Source: a virus (Duplodnaviria > Caudoviricetes). From it: 42,297 nt of DNA. Location of the stretch: the IMG/VR virus record IMGVR_UViG_3300032212_000039, positions 1-42,297 of that record; one strand, 5' to 3'. Positions 1-9,265 of the stretch are shown here, piece after piece (the stretch's first letter is position 1; each line of letters begins with the position of its first letter). A model generated the notes under the pieces. It made no database searches. It was not told where the DNA came from and saw only the letters and a program-made list of their open reading frames with translations. The position numbers and the translations under genes were made by a program.

Positions 1-127
1 ATATCTGGAGACGGAAAAAAACGGGCCAAAGATATCGATAAGTCAGCGGTCGGGATTGATATCCTGGTTTGCAAATTACGATTCCCATTCGCTTACCATA
101 CGGAGCAATTGATCCATTCCGTTTGCC
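1..127. repeat. Terminal direct repeat, copy 1 (probable assembler k-mer overlap; circular or circularly permuted genome)
   Basis: 1-127 is identical to 42171-42297; 127 is a common assembler k value; an ORF reads across the join. Confidence 0.95.
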
Positions 128-465
128 GGTTGTTCTTCCTGGATAAGCTTTTATTTGTTCCACGCTCCTGGTTCGGATCTGGTAAGACAGAAAGGTTTTT
201 CTTTCTTGCTGTGATATTCTACTTTCTATTTGCTTTGCCGGTCTGGACGATATACCACATGTTTGTATTACTATTTCTATTCTCAATTGGCTGTTTTCTG
301 TATTTCTATCTAATGGATGGGACGATACCAGAACCAGTCCAGGAGAAAATCAACCAGGTGCAAAACTTCAAACTATATGAAAAAGAAGAACAAGTCCAGG
401 AAAAGCCCTGGAGACTCCCAAAAGACATCGGAATTAATCGATCTCACAGAGGACCGGATAATTAG
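1..465 (+). CDS. 3' part of junction-spanning T5orf172/GIY-YIG-like protein with C-terminal transmembrane helices (ATG at 42015, ~206 aa)
   Basis: Frame 1 is continuous with 42015-42170; motif LYLL..VKIGISG...R...AYHTEQLIH...GSGKTERF followed by a hydrophobic stretch. Confidence 0.7.
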   Translation: MSGDGKKRAKDIDKSAVGIDILVCKLRFPFAYHTEQLIHSVCRLFFLDKLLFVPRSWFGSGKTERFFFLAVIFYFLFALPVWTIYHMFVLLFLFSIGCFLYFYLMDGTIPEPVQEKINQVQNFKLYEKEEQVQEKPWRLPKDIGINRSHRGPDN

Positions 466-841
466 ATTCACGGTTTACGGAAATCTACCTGGAGTAAATG
501 ACATTTATCGAGGCCATAGGAGAAGCCACCAGCAAAAGAAAAACACACTGGAGGGTATTATCGCCATCGATATAAAACACCAGCTGAGGGGCGTTAAAAT
601 GCGAAAGAAATTCGCCATGCAATTCAAGTGGTACCACTCGAACATGCGAAAGGACCAGGATAACGTCGAATTCGGGAAGAAGTTTATAATGGATGCGGCG
701 CAAAAAGCGGGACTGATTGAGAATGACAACTGGAAGTGGGCTGGAGGGAATACCATTCACGAACATTATGTGGATCCCTTGCAACCCAGATGCGAAGTCG
801 CATTTATTGAAGGGCTTCGAATTACACTCGATTTCGAGTAA
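377..841 (+). CDS. rusA: RusA-like Holliday junction resolvase
   Basis: LPGVN, D-Q-D-N..KFIMDA..KAGLIENDN and PRCEV motifs; start taken at ATG 377 (317 is the alternative). Confidence 0.8.
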   Translation: MKKKNKSRKSPGDSQKTSELIDLTEDRIIRFTVYGNLPGVNDIYRGHRRSHQQKKNTLEGIIAIDIKHQLRGVKMRKKFAMQFKWYHSNMRKDQDNVEFGKKFIMDAAQKAGLIENDNWKWAGGNTIHEHYVDPLQPRCEVAFIEGLRITLDFE

Positions 842-880
842 AATCCTATCAAATATTTTTAAATCTATCAATTTCAAACA

Positions 881-1378
881 ATGAATTATTACCAAGAAAA
901 AGTTTATCAATTAGCTTCAAAACACCTTAGTCCGAGGTACAAGAACGCACTAACCGAAGTATCATTGGAGGTTGGAAGATATATCCATGAGTTGATAACC
1001 GAACAACAGAAAGCAGTCGGTTTTATTGAGGGGCAATTATTTTTAGCCGTATTCGAGGATGAGGATAGGGATCTTATCGAGGATCCAATAAAAGGAGAAG
1101 AAAGAAAGGTAATGATCAAATCATTAGAGGCTTTTATTGCAGCATTCTACGCCAGCCAACAACCTAAAGACGAAGTGCTCCCAGGAATCGACGAAGGGTT
1201 TAAGCTCTTTTCGCAGTCGTCAGAATTTGCCGAGCTTGGGGTTCAGCTCCAATTCTTTGAATCGTACAAGAATTTGATAAAAGAGCGGTTACTCGCAAAC
1301 ATGGAGAAAATTAGCACCAAACAAGAATATGCGAAATCTCTTTTAAATATATTTAAAGACTTAACAACAAATGGATAA
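881..1378 (+). CDS. Hypothetical protein
   Basis: 165-aa ORF with A-rich leader containing CCTATCAA. Confidence 0.75.
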   Translation: MNYYQEKVYQLASKHLSPRYKNALTEVSLEVGRYIHELITEQQKAVGFIEGQLFLAVFEDEDRDLIEDPIKGEERKVMIKSLEAFIAAFYASQQPKDEVLPGIDEGFKLFSQSSEFAELGVQLQFFESYKNLIKERLLANMEKISTKQEYAKSLLNIFKDLTTNG

Positions 1379-1727
1379 TCACAAAAATCTTAAAGCCTCG
1401 TTTATTCGGGATATCAAAGATCTGGACACAGAGTACCAATGCGATAAAATAGAAGTGTTTTATAATGCAGTAGCGGAGTATATGATCGATAAGATCACAA
1501 CAGTAGTATCGAATGAAGTCGATAATCAACTTGCTATGGTTCCGATGTTGAGAGAAAAATTTCAACGTGAGGTTATTATATCGATGTGTCAAGGGGCGGC
1601 GCTTTCTCAGCGGGATCTAGGGCATGTTTCTACAAGCGTTTGGGAAGCATCCGGATCAATAGCTCGATCGATGTATCCACCAAGCGCAAGCGAGGATAAA
1701 GCGGCCAGCGATCGCACTAAGGGATAA
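1371..1727 (+). CDS. Hypothetical protein
   Basis: 118-aa ORF overlapping the upstream stop. Confidence 0.7.
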   Translation: MDNHKNLKASFIRDIKDLDTEYQCDKIEVFYNAVAEYMIDKITTVVSNEVDNQLAMVPMLREKFQREVIISMCQGAALSQRDLGHVSTSVWEASGSIARSMYPPSASEDKAASDRTKG

Positions 1728-1861
1728 AAGTAAAAGCCGATCAGGATTAAAACCTCTGGTCGGCTTACTTGTTTTTTAGCTACCAATAGACCAGAAAACG
1801 GAAAAAGTCGCTGTGAGCGGCTTAAAACAGCCTTAAATTGTAAAATTTCAATCATTTAGAT

Positions 1862-2173
1862 ATGGGAAAGGATAAAAAAAAGGGATTTAGTATCAAAAAG
1901 TGGAACGAACTCGATAGATATTGGGGACGCTACATACACAGCCAGGAAAAAGTATATACCGATTGGACTGAATCCGACATGAATCTATGCAAAAAAATGT
2001 TGGCTCACCAAAGGTCAAAGCATATCGGCGAGATATTGAGACTCCAGGAGTTTAACAAACCGATACCGGATGATCTCCAAGAAATAGCGGTTATGTATTC
2101 GATTGCTATGTCGGTATGTCATCAAAAAGAGCGAGAGATCATCGACAACCCTGCACAAATGACACTTTTTTAA
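1862..2173 (+). CDS. Hypothetical protein
   Basis: 103-aa ORF ending QMTLF, a clamp-binding-like tail common in phage proteins. Confidence 0.7.
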   Translation: MGKDKKKGFSIKKWNELDRYWGRYIHSQEKVYTDWTESDMNLCKKMLAHQRSKHIGEILRLQEFNKPIPDDLQEIAVMYSIAMSVCHQKEREIIDNPAQMTLF

Positions 2174-2194
2174 TCACCGATCAAATACAATCCT

Positions 2195-2464
2195 ATGGCC
2201 ACGACATTGGAAGTGAGAGTAATTAAAAACTTCTTACCGATAGAGCAACATGAGACGACCACCAATAAAAAGAACTGCTGGAAATGTTGCCACTACTGCA
2301 AAACGCTTTGGAATAGATCCAAAACTAAATTTATTCATTATACCAGGCTACATATCAGAATAAATCCGGACGCGGCAGAATGGACCAGCCGCTTTATATG
2401 CGATGATTGCCTTGAAAATAAAGTTCCGGAGGGATCCGAAGTGGTCGACAATTCATCGACCTAG
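2195..2464 (+). CDS. Putative zinc-finger protein
   Basis: CCHYC ... ICDDC cysteine pairs. Confidence 0.6.
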   Translation: MATTLEVRVIKNFLPIEQHETTTNKKNCWKCCHYCKTLWNRSKTKFIHYTRLHIRINPDAAEWTSRFICDDCLENKVPEGSEVVDNSST

Positions 2465-2501
2465 TTAATTGACTATTTTTCAACCTATCAAAATCAAGAT
2501 T

Positions 2502-2834
2502 ATGAATAATGAAATCCTTTCTTACCTATCCCCTTTATACCTAGTATTAGGTATTGCGGTAGCTTCATTGGGAGCAATGGCCATCCATTACCGGCGGCAA
2601 TTTCTAATTTCAGAATACAGATCTGAGAAAAACGAGCTTCGCCATGAGATAGCCCACCACATACGGGTAATGCTGGAGTCGAAAATCGAGCTGGCTAAAC
2701 TGGACGCTATCAGAATGACTCGACAATTAAACGAGGAAGAGCAAGAATCCTACCTGGAGGACGCTGCCATTATCGAGGGGCGGACGGAAATCGTTAAAAA
2801 TATCAATGAGAAATTAAAAGCCCTTGACATATGA
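2502..2834 (+). CDS. Membrane-anchored coiled-coil hypothetical protein
   Basis: N-terminal TM helix; start moved to ATG 2502 behind the repeated 25-bp leader. Confidence 0.7.
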   Translation: MNNEILSYLSPLYLVLGIAVASLGAMAIHYRRQFLISEYRSEKNELRHEIAHHIRVMLESKIELAKLDAIRMTRQLNEEEQESYLEDAAIIEGRTEIVKNINEKLKALDI

Positions 2835-3151
2835 TTGAGGAATTTAAAAAAGAGCTAGAAACGGCTTTCGCAAAGGTATGTGTCATTAAATCGGTGACGC
2901 ACCAGGAAAAGAAGTTCATCGTCGTACACCCCTGGATCGAGATATCAATCGAAGTATATCTACCAGGACAAAAAGCGCAATCGGAAAAAGAGATTCCTAC
3001 GGAGATTTATTGTCAGGAATTCTATTCAGAACGAATCGAGCATTCTAAACCGCATTGGAAACACATTGCACATACCCACGTAATGAAATTTATAGGCCAT
3101 ATTTTAAACGATCAAATAATTGATCAGCCAGCTAAAAAAACATCCAAATGA
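2831..3151 (+). CDS. Hypothetical protein
   Basis: 106-aa ORF with ATGA overlap to the next gene. Confidence 0.65.
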   Translation: MIEEFKKELETAFAKVCVIKSVTHQEKKFIVVHPWIEISIEVYLPGQKAQSEKEIPTEIYCQEFYSERIEHSKPHWKHIAHTHVMKFIGHILNDQIIDQPAKKTSK

Positions 3152-3843
3152 GTGAAATTATCACCTTTCCAGAACCGGATACCATGTCCATCGATTTTGC
3201 ATACGCGGAACATTCGACCGTCGTATTAGAGGACGATTTCGATAAACGGAAAATCTATATCCGGAACGCGTACGGATCCGATAAACTTGTAATAATTCGA
3301 ACGGTAAAAAGTCCGGATATATTTATAATGAACTGTGAGTCGCTGCTAATTGTAGGCGAAAACCTAGAGTCGGAGATCATAGGCTCAATTAAAGTAATCG
3401 GATCGATAGGGCATTTAGCAGTAAAGCGGCTTAAAGTGCATAGCGGTGTAATTGGATTGCATATGTCGCAACACTACGGAACAGAGAAATACGGATCGAT
3501 AGTAATTAGAGATTGTCAGTTCTACAGCCATCAAAAGGAAGGCGTCTACATCGGGAAATCTGATGGCAATGCAAGCGCACCGGCGATCGATTCAATAGAA
3601 ATCGAGGATTCAATATTCACCCTTAACGGTTGGGACGGACTCCAAACGGGGCGAAGCTTTCAAACAAAAATTAATCGGTGCATAATAACCGGCAACGCTT
3701 TGGACCGGAAAACATACCAGGATTATGATCTGACGATAAACCCAAAATCGGTGTTTACCTATATCGATGATTGTCAAATCGGATCTATTCAACACCTTGA
3801 TTCAGGACGATTGTTCATAAAACGAACTATCATAGGCGGATAG
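3148..3843 (+). CDS. Right-handed parallel beta-helix (pectin-lyase-like) protein
   Basis: Repeating I-x-I-x-D/N-C/S strands, EGVYIG and WDGLQ motifs. Confidence 0.6.
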   Translation: MSEIITFPEPDTMSIDFAYAEHSTVVLEDDFDKRKIYIRNAYGSDKLVIIRTVKSPDIFIMNCESLLIVGENLESEIIGSIKVIGSIGHLAVKRLKVHSGVIGLHMSQHYGTEKYGSIVIRDCQFYSHQKEGVYIGKSDGNASAPAIDSIEIEDSIFTLNGWDGLQTGRSFQTKINRCIITGNALDRKTYQDYDLTINPKSVFTYIDDCQIGSIQHLDSGRLFIKRTIIGG

Positions 3844-3858
3844 CGGTTGTACTAGCTG

Positions 3859-3889
3859 TTGATATACTGCTACTTATGTAGTATATTTG
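3859..3889 (+). promoter_or_regulatory. Bacteroidota-type promoter (-33 TTG, -7 TATATTTG)
   Basis: TATATTTG at 3882-3889 with TTGA ~19 bp upstream, intergenic. Confidence 0.7.
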
Positions 3890-3928
3890 AATAGTCTACA
3901 ACACATTTATTAATCTAAAATTCTAGCT

Positions 3929-4171
3929 ATGAGCGCCACCGCTGAAAAGCCTACGACGAAATTCTTTCTGGAGCAGTTAGAATACATGGAAAAAGAAGCC
4001 AAACGGGAAATCGCCAAACGGGAATGGGTATACCCTCGAAGGATTTCAGCTGGCAAGATGACACAAAAATCGGCGGATAATAAAATCCTGCTGATGCAAA
4101 AGATTTTGGAATTGATTCAGGAGCAAAAGGTCGGAGCTTTGAGAATGAAGCCCACTTTATTTTCCTCTTAG
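3929..4171 (+). CDS. Conserved phage hypothetical protein
   Basis: REIAKREWVYPRRISAGKMTQ pattern recalled from many phage small proteins. Confidence 0.7.
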   Translation: MSATAEKPTTKFFLEQLEYMEKEAKREIAKREWVYPRRISAGKMTQKSADNKILLMQKILELIQEQKVGALRMKPTLFSS

Positions 4172-4198
4172 TATACATCGAACGAAAAGCAGTCGCTA

Positions 4199-4235
4199 AC
4201 GGGCTGGCCAGGAAACTTTCTCCAGGTCAGCCCGT
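4199..4235 (+). other. GC-rich intergenic hairpin without a U-tract
   Basis: ACGGGCTGGCC...GGTCAGCCCGT. Confidence 0.55.
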
Positions 4236-4269
4236 ATCTATTTAAATACCAATAATCAAAATCAAACTG

Positions 4270-4533
4270 ATGGAAAACAAACCCGATCAAAAATGGGACC
4301 GGTTCGTCACAGACTTGTTTTTCTTTTTAGAGGTGATATTATGCGGCCTGGCCACTAGCGGTTTATATTCCGCTTTATGGGTGCCTACATCCGAGCATAC
4401 GACTTTCGACCACATCGGTAAAGTGTGTTTAGTTATCTGGTTTGCACTCACTTCTATTTTTTTCATAATAGTAACACTGACGGCGATAAAAGAGCGCTAC
4501 AGTGAGCAACAAAATCAAAACGAAAATGAGTAG
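4270..4533 (+). CDS. Two-TM membrane protein
   Basis: Two hydrophobic helices. Confidence 0.7.
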   Translation: MENKPDQKWDRFVTDLFFFLEVILCGLATSGLYSALWVPTSEHTTFDHIGKVCLVIWFALTSIFFIIVTLTAIKERYSEQQNQNENE

Positions 4534-4870
4534 TTTAAAAGAAGAAAAAGACCTGGCGATCGAAAAGACCAGGAAACAGCAATCTGAGTTTATCGAAATG
4601 ATGACAAAGTACTTCGCAGCGCTACCGGAATACATCGAAGGATATAAGCTTTCCAGCGGCGGTCGGATTGTGTACCCAAAGCAATTTGTAGCCTCTCACA
4701 TAGCCTACATCGATACTCATTGGGGCGCTCCAGTAGGTCGGCCATATTTACGGCGGCTAATGGAGTACAAGACCGCTAACGAGAAATTTTATCCATTTGA
4801 TAAAATCGTAAAAGATGACAAAGACACAGATAAAACGAGCGCTGAAAAAAGCGAAGAAATCCCCAACTAG
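4526..4870 (+). CDS. Hypothetical protein
   Basis: ORF; ATG 4526 preferred over GTG 4502. Confidence 0.65.
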   Translation: MSSLKEEKDLAIEKTRKQQSEFIEMMTKYFAALPEYIEGYKLSSGGRIVYPKQFVASHIAYIDTHWGAPVGRPYLRRLMEYKTANEKFYPFDKIVKDDKDTDKTSAEKSEEIPN

Positions 4871-5018
4871 TAAAAATCTAGTATTGCAGGATTTAAAATC
4901 GAGGACAAATCGCTCCAGCCATAAAGGCGATATTGAAATCGCCGTAATCAATCACTTAAACGGGCTTTATCCTGAAAGGTCGGCGATCGCCAAAATTCAG
5001 GAGGCTATAAAATCATAG
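4815..5018 (+). CDS. Small basic hypothetical protein
   Basis: 67-aa ORF filling the gap before 5020. Confidence 0.55.
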   Translation: MTKTQIKRALKKAKKSPTSKNLVLQDLKSRTNRSSHKGDIEIAVINHLNGLYPERSAIAKIQEAIKS

Positions 5019-5019
5019 T

Positions 5020-5409
5020 ATGGGATTACCAAAATGTACCACGTGTGAAAATGGCGAAGTCGTCAGACATGTAGTGAATGTGGGGCATTCATTGACAGAG
5101 GAAATGGTTAAATGCAATTCATGTGGGAAGCTTTACCACTGGCATGAATACGTCGACCACACGCAGTTAGATACGCCATTAAACATGCCGTATTCAGATT
5201 ACAAACGGATTTTACCACTGGCTAAAAAGATCTATTCGGCGCTATATGAACCACCAGAAACAATTCCGGACATAAAAGAGCGGGATAGAAAAATATTGCT
5301 GATTTGCAACGCTATTCACCAGGACAGAGAGGAATCGATAAAGATAATAGGATCCCCAAAATTTAAAGCGGACTTTGAAAAGGCGATAAATGATTTTTTA
5401 AACTTATAA
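5020..5409 (+). CDS. Zinc-ribbon hypothetical protein
   Basis: CTTC ... CNSCG. Confidence 0.65.
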   Translation: MGLPKCTTCENGEVVRHVVNVGHSLTEEMVKCNSCGKLYHWHEYVDHTQLDTPLNMPYSDYKRILPLAKKIYSALYEPPETIPDIKERDRKILLICNAIHQDREESIKIIGSPKFKADFEKAINDFLNL

Positions 5410-5419
5410 CCTATCAAAT

Positions 5420-5827
5420 ATGAATAATACAATCAAATGGATCCTGGTCGGGGTCTTAGTATTCGAATGTTTTTTCGGCTTCGAAAATGCACACCAGATA
5501 ATTAAGTCGGAGATCTGGCCAGCGGAATCGAAAAGCTTACTTCCTGTTGATCATCCCTTAAACACGTCCTATCCGATCGACCGATCAAACATGGACCAAC
5601 AAATCACCGCATCATCGTACAACGTATCCGGAGAGTTGCACACGCGTATCGAGTTTCCGCCACGACTTTACCTGGATACCTTGAAGATTCCAAAAATCAA
5701 AGTTGTAGTATTCGAAAAACCAAACGGGGATTTGGTTGTCGTAGACATGTACAACGGCGGATCTAAACTAGAGATAACGGCGGATCTCAAAGAGGATTTA
5801 AAATTCGTACCTTTACCTAAGAAATGA
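5420..5827 (+). CDS. Exported or membrane-anchored hypothetical protein
   Basis: N-terminal hydrophobic segment; CCTATCAAAT leader. Confidence 0.65.
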   Translation: MNNTIKWILVGVLVFECFFGFENAHQIIKSEIWPAESKSLLPVDHPLNTSYPIDRSNMDQQITASSYNVSGELHTRIEFPPRLYLDTLKIPKIKVVVFEKPNGDLVVVDMYNGGSKLEITADLKEDLKFVPLPKK

Positions 5828-5867
5828 GTTAGTATTTTATTTGTTTGTTGCTCAAAAGGAGTCCTTT

Positions 5868-5898
5868 AAGCCATGCTGGAAACGGTGTGGCTTTTTTT
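5868..5898 (+). terminator. Rho-independent terminator
   Basis: AAGCCATGCTG-GAAA-CGGTGTGGCTT followed by a T run. Confidence 0.85.
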
Positions 5899-5954
5899 AT
5901 GCCCTCAATTGTTTTAAATTGCAATATGTTTTTAAACCTATCAAAATCAAGATT

Positions 5955-6569
5955 ATGAAGCCGATTAAATTTAAAGGGCACAACGCCGTACTAGGGAAAG
6001 GACAACCTGAATACGAAGAATTACCAGCGTTTATTAATCACGCCAGCCCAATGGGCGAGATCTCCCAATGTTGGGAAATAACCGACGACGACCTTATCAC
6101 AATCGCAAAAACTAGAAAGATTTGGGTCACTCAATTTACATTCGGAGAACGGCTGCAGCCCATTCGAGTCGAGGCGGATTCTCCCATTCCAGAGCCACAA
6201 CCAGGAGCCACAACAGACCCACGGATCATCGGATACAAACGGGATGAGGACGCGATAATGTGTTTATCTAAACAGGCTTTTATGTTCGCCATTCGCTACA
6301 TAGGCCCAAACCTAACCGGATTCATAAGTGAATTAATGGACGGATGTGAAAAGAACACTATCAAGGTAATAGACTTGTCGACATTCGCTCAGTTCTCCAG
6401 GATAAAACAGGATTTTAAAGAGGGGGACACGGTGCACGAAATAAAGCAGCGGCTAAGAAAGAATACCCCACTAAACCGAAAACGTCCACCGTTATGTTTA
6501 ACATTTGACGGACAATCGACGGGAAATGATATCGCAGCGCTACGGGAATGGCTGACAGGATCCTTTTAA
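5955..6569 (+). CDS. Two-domain phage hypothetical protein
   Basis: N-terminal MKPIKF..N.V....QPEY..LP...CW...LQP phage domain; start moved to ATG 5955. Confidence 0.7.
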   Translation: MKPIKFKGHNAVLGKGQPEYEELPAFINHASPMGEISQCWEITDDDLITIAKTRKIWVTQFTFGERLQPIRVEADSPIPEPQPGATTDPRIIGYKRDEDAIMCLSKQAFMFAIRYIGPNLTGFISELMDGCEKNTIKVIDLSTFAQFSRIKQDFKEGDTVHEIKQRLRKNTPLNRKRPPLCLTFDGQSTGNDIAALREWLTGSF

Positions 6570-6593
6570 TCACCTTTTAAATACCTATCAATA

Positions 6594-6851
6594 ATGAGCT
6601 TAATTTCTAAGGATGGCGAAAAGGAAAAAGCCGTTGAAATAACAGAGGATACAAAATGGGTAAGTGTGTATATATCTGCATCATTTACCGGCGATTACTA
6701 CCACGCTTCACGGAATACATCTAGCGACATATATATCGGAGACGTCGAAGGGGTTGATAAAAAGAAGATTGAAATTTGGAAGCGAGTCCAAGAAATAGCA
6801 AATATTCACTTTGATATAGGATATGTCGTGCATAAGAAAACCATAGAATAA
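6594..6851 (+). CDS. Hypothetical protein
   Basis: 85-aa ORF with CCTATCAA leader. Confidence 0.65.
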   Translation: MSLISKDGEKEKAVEITEDTKWVSVYISASFTGDYYHASRNTSSDIYIGDVEGVDKKKIEIWKRVQEIANIHFDIGYVVHKKTIE

Positions 6852-6873
6852 CACAAAACTAAAGTAGTCGATA

Positions 6874-7560
6874 ATGGGAAAGCGACGAACTAAGTATAAT
6901 AAAATAGAATTCGCAGGGGTCCAGCATCGGATCCCCGCAATCTATCCAGGCGCAAAATTAAGCGACGATGAAAAGCGGAAAATCGGATTCCTGGTCTGTG
7001 AGATCTACGAAACGGATCTTTACACACTGGAGGAAACCGTTAAATTTGTAGGATTAGGAGTCCCAACATTTTACCGGTGGATCGATTACCTGGAAGATCT
7101 CAGAGATTCTTTTAGGAATGCTCAGAGGTTAAAGTATCGCAACTATAAGCAGCGACTAACACAAAGAGCGCTAACCGCCGCTGAGGAGCTGACCAGGACC
7201 GGAACATACATAAAGCGAACAATCGAGTATGAACAGGTAGTAATGAACGAGGAACAGCTAAAACAGCTCCAGAAAGGGAATAAGGACGGGTTAAAATTGT
7301 ATGCTGTGAAAATCAAGGAAACCACAGAACGGTACAAACCCAACGCTTATGCAACGATGGCCATCCTCCATAATATGAAAAGCGATACATTCGAGCGGAA
7401 TCCGCAACCAGTGGTAGAGGACATTTCGATCGATGAGATCCCGAAACTATCCTGGATCCAGGAAGGAAACGAGGTCGAACAATCGGAATACGAGGACGCC
7501 GAGCAAATCGATGAACTATCGGAAATCGACAGCGACGACGATATCGAAGAATATAAATAA
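6874..7560 (+). CDS. terS: Terminase small subunit
   Basis: HTH (VGLGVPTFYRW), acidic tail, directly upstream of TerL. Confidence 0.75.
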   Translation: MGKRRTKYNKIEFAGVQHRIPAIYPGAKLSDDEKRKIGFLVCEIYETDLYTLEETVKFVGLGVPTFYRWIDYLEDLRDSFRNAQRLKYRNYKQRLTQRALTAAEELTRTGTYIKRTIEYEQVVMNEEQLKQLQKGNKDGLKLYAVKIKETTERYKPNAYATMAILHNMKSDTFERNPQPVVEDISIDEIPKLSWIQEGNEVEQSEYEDAEQIDELSEIDSDDDIEEYK

Positions 7561-7565
7561 GCGAT

Positions 7566-8885
7566 ATGGTAGTCGACAGAAGAAAAATCAAGCGACCAGC
7601 TCCGATCCGTACCTCGATCAAGTTTAACCCGCTTTACACCTCAGATAAGCGATACTTACTGCTCACCGGCGGACGGGGATCTCTCAAATCTACGACCGTA
7701 CTCGACTATTTGGCCCGCCTTACTTACGAGGCGAATATCGGTGTAATGTTATCCCGATACACAATGGAGTCGGCCGAGGTGTCAATTATTCCAGAGTTCA
7801 AAAAAACGCTAAGTCGGTTAGGTGTCCTTTCTCATTTTCGGATAACCAAAAAGGAGGCCATCAACAAAAAGACGGGATCCTTTATCCGGTTTGCCGGTCT
7901 TAAATCATCCTCCAAGGCGGAAACCGGTAGGCTAAAATCTATCCAGGGTATCACTCATTGGGTAATTGAGGAAGGCGAAGATTTTACCGACGAAAAGACA
8001 TTTAACGACATCGATAGATCTATCCGGTCAACAGTCAAGCCCAACCAGGTGATTATTATAATGAATCCAACGACTAAAGAGCATTGGATTTATAAGCGAT
8101 TTATCGAGGAAAGTTTCCGCACTGTCAAAATGTACGGTTTCGATATTCAGATATCAACACATCCAGATTGTGAGCATATCCATGTAACTTATCATACAGC
8201 GCGAAAACTTGGGTACCTGGACGCTGGATGGTTACGGGGTGTCGATAATTCACTGGCGAAGCTTAAAAAGGCGCTAAAACAAAACAGGGATCCATCTAAG
8301 CGAAAGGAAATAATCCATACCTCAGAATATTACTTAACATACATCGGGGGATGGTTGCTGTTCTCCGAGAATGCAATATTTAAAAACTGGAGCGTAGGAG
8401 AATTCGACGAATCGCTTCCAACTGCATATGGCATTGATTACGGATTTAAGGATCCTTTGTCAATGGTCAAAATAGCAGTTGATCAGAAGAACATGAAACT
8501 GTATGTACACCAAGAAATTTACGCCCCATATATCAAGGACGTACCAGAGGCCATGCACGAACGCGGTATACCTATGAAGGCTATGATTGTGGCGGATACT
8601 AACGAACCACGTACCACGATCAAGATCTTCGAAGCTGGATGGGAAGGAATATCAAAAGCGCACAAATATTCCGGATCCGTTGTGGCGGAGATCCGAGAAA
8701 TGCAACAATTTGAGATTATTATCACGCCTACGTCGAAGGATGTTATCAAATGTTTCTCGAATTACACCTGGAAGGATACGCAACGCGCAAGCTCTCACAG
8801 AGAGGTACCAGGCCACGATTATTCCCACGGACCGGATTCGGTCAGGTATCCATTTAGTAAGCTGGTATTGCTTGACGCTGCTTAA
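7566..8885 (+). CDS. terL: Terminase large subunit (PBSX/SPP1-like)
   Basis: Walker A GGRGSLKS, Walker B WVIEE, MNP motif, nuclease GIDYG..DP and H..D..RY. Confidence 0.95.
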   Translation: MVVDRRKIKRPAPIRTSIKFNPLYTSDKRYLLLTGGRGSLKSTTVLDYLARLTYEANIGVMLSRYTMESAEVSIIPEFKKTLSRLGVLSHFRITKKEAINKKTGSFIRFAGLKSSSKAETGRLKSIQGITHWVIEEGEDFTDEKTFNDIDRSIRSTVKPNQVIIIMNPTTKEHWIYKRFIEESFRTVKMYGFDIQISTHPDCEHIHVTYHTARKLGYLDAGWLRGVDNSLAKLKKALKQNRDPSKRKEIIHTSEYYLTYIGGWLLFSENAIFKNWSVGEFDESLPTAYGIDYGFKDPLSMVKIAVDQKNMKLYVHQEIYAPYIKDVPEAMHERGIPMKAMIVADTNEPRTTIKIFEAGWEGISKAHKYSGSVVAEIREMQQFEIIITPTSKDVIKCFSNYTWKDTQRASSHREVPGHDYSHGPDSVRYPFSKLVLLDAA

Positions 8886-8964
8886 AATCGTATATTGCGG
8901 GACCATTTAGAGAAATGGGGTTATACTAGGGTTTTTATGTCTATTAATACTTTAGGTTTTTCAC

Positions 8965-8991
8965 GCGGTCAGCAATGGCCGCTTTTTTTTT
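8965..8991 (+). terminator. Rho-independent terminator
   Basis: GCGGTCA-GCAA-TGGCCGC followed by T9. Confidence 0.85.
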
Positions 8992-9163
8992 GATAGTCTC
9001 CGCTTTTAGCGGTTTAATATATGGGGTTAAAAGTGGGGTCCGGATAGTGCAGGAAAACGGATCCCACGTCCCCCCAAAGAATTAGGACGGTTCAGTTTTT
9101 TAGTGGAAATTTTAAAACGATATATAGCTCGAAGCTCGATGGCCAAACCGTCGGGCTTTTTTT
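8992..9163 (+). ncRNA. Candidate structured small RNA between two terminators
   Basis: Stems 9033-9067 and 9067-9089, a CCGC/GCGG hairpin, ends in a terminator; no ORF in the track. Confidence 0.35.
9132..9163 (+). terminator. Rho-independent terminator
   Basis: AAGCTCGATGG-CCAAA-CCGTCGGGCTT followed by a T run. Confidence 0.8.
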
Positions 9164-9168
9164 ATTTG

Positions 9169-9199
9169 TTGACCTATTGGAAAAATAAAATTATATTTG
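9169..9199 (+). promoter_or_regulatory. Bacteroidota-type promoter for the structural operon
   Basis: TTG at 9169, TATATTTG at 9192-9199. Confidence 0.7.
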
Positions 9200-9265
9200 T
9201 ACTAGATTTTCATATCCCTGGCTAATGAGAACGCCGGTATTATTAACCTTTTAACTGGCAATACC

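Noticed and set aside
1-127. 127-bp terminal repeat as a biological DTR
   Set aside because: The length equals a typical assembler k-mer, it falls mid-gene, and a PBSX/SPP1-type TerL suggests headful packaging.
5841-5954. N-terminal extensions of ORFs 5841, 2469, 37808, 40681 and 10014
   Set aside because: They run through terminators, leader motifs or upstream genes; downstream ATGs have typical A-rich leaders.
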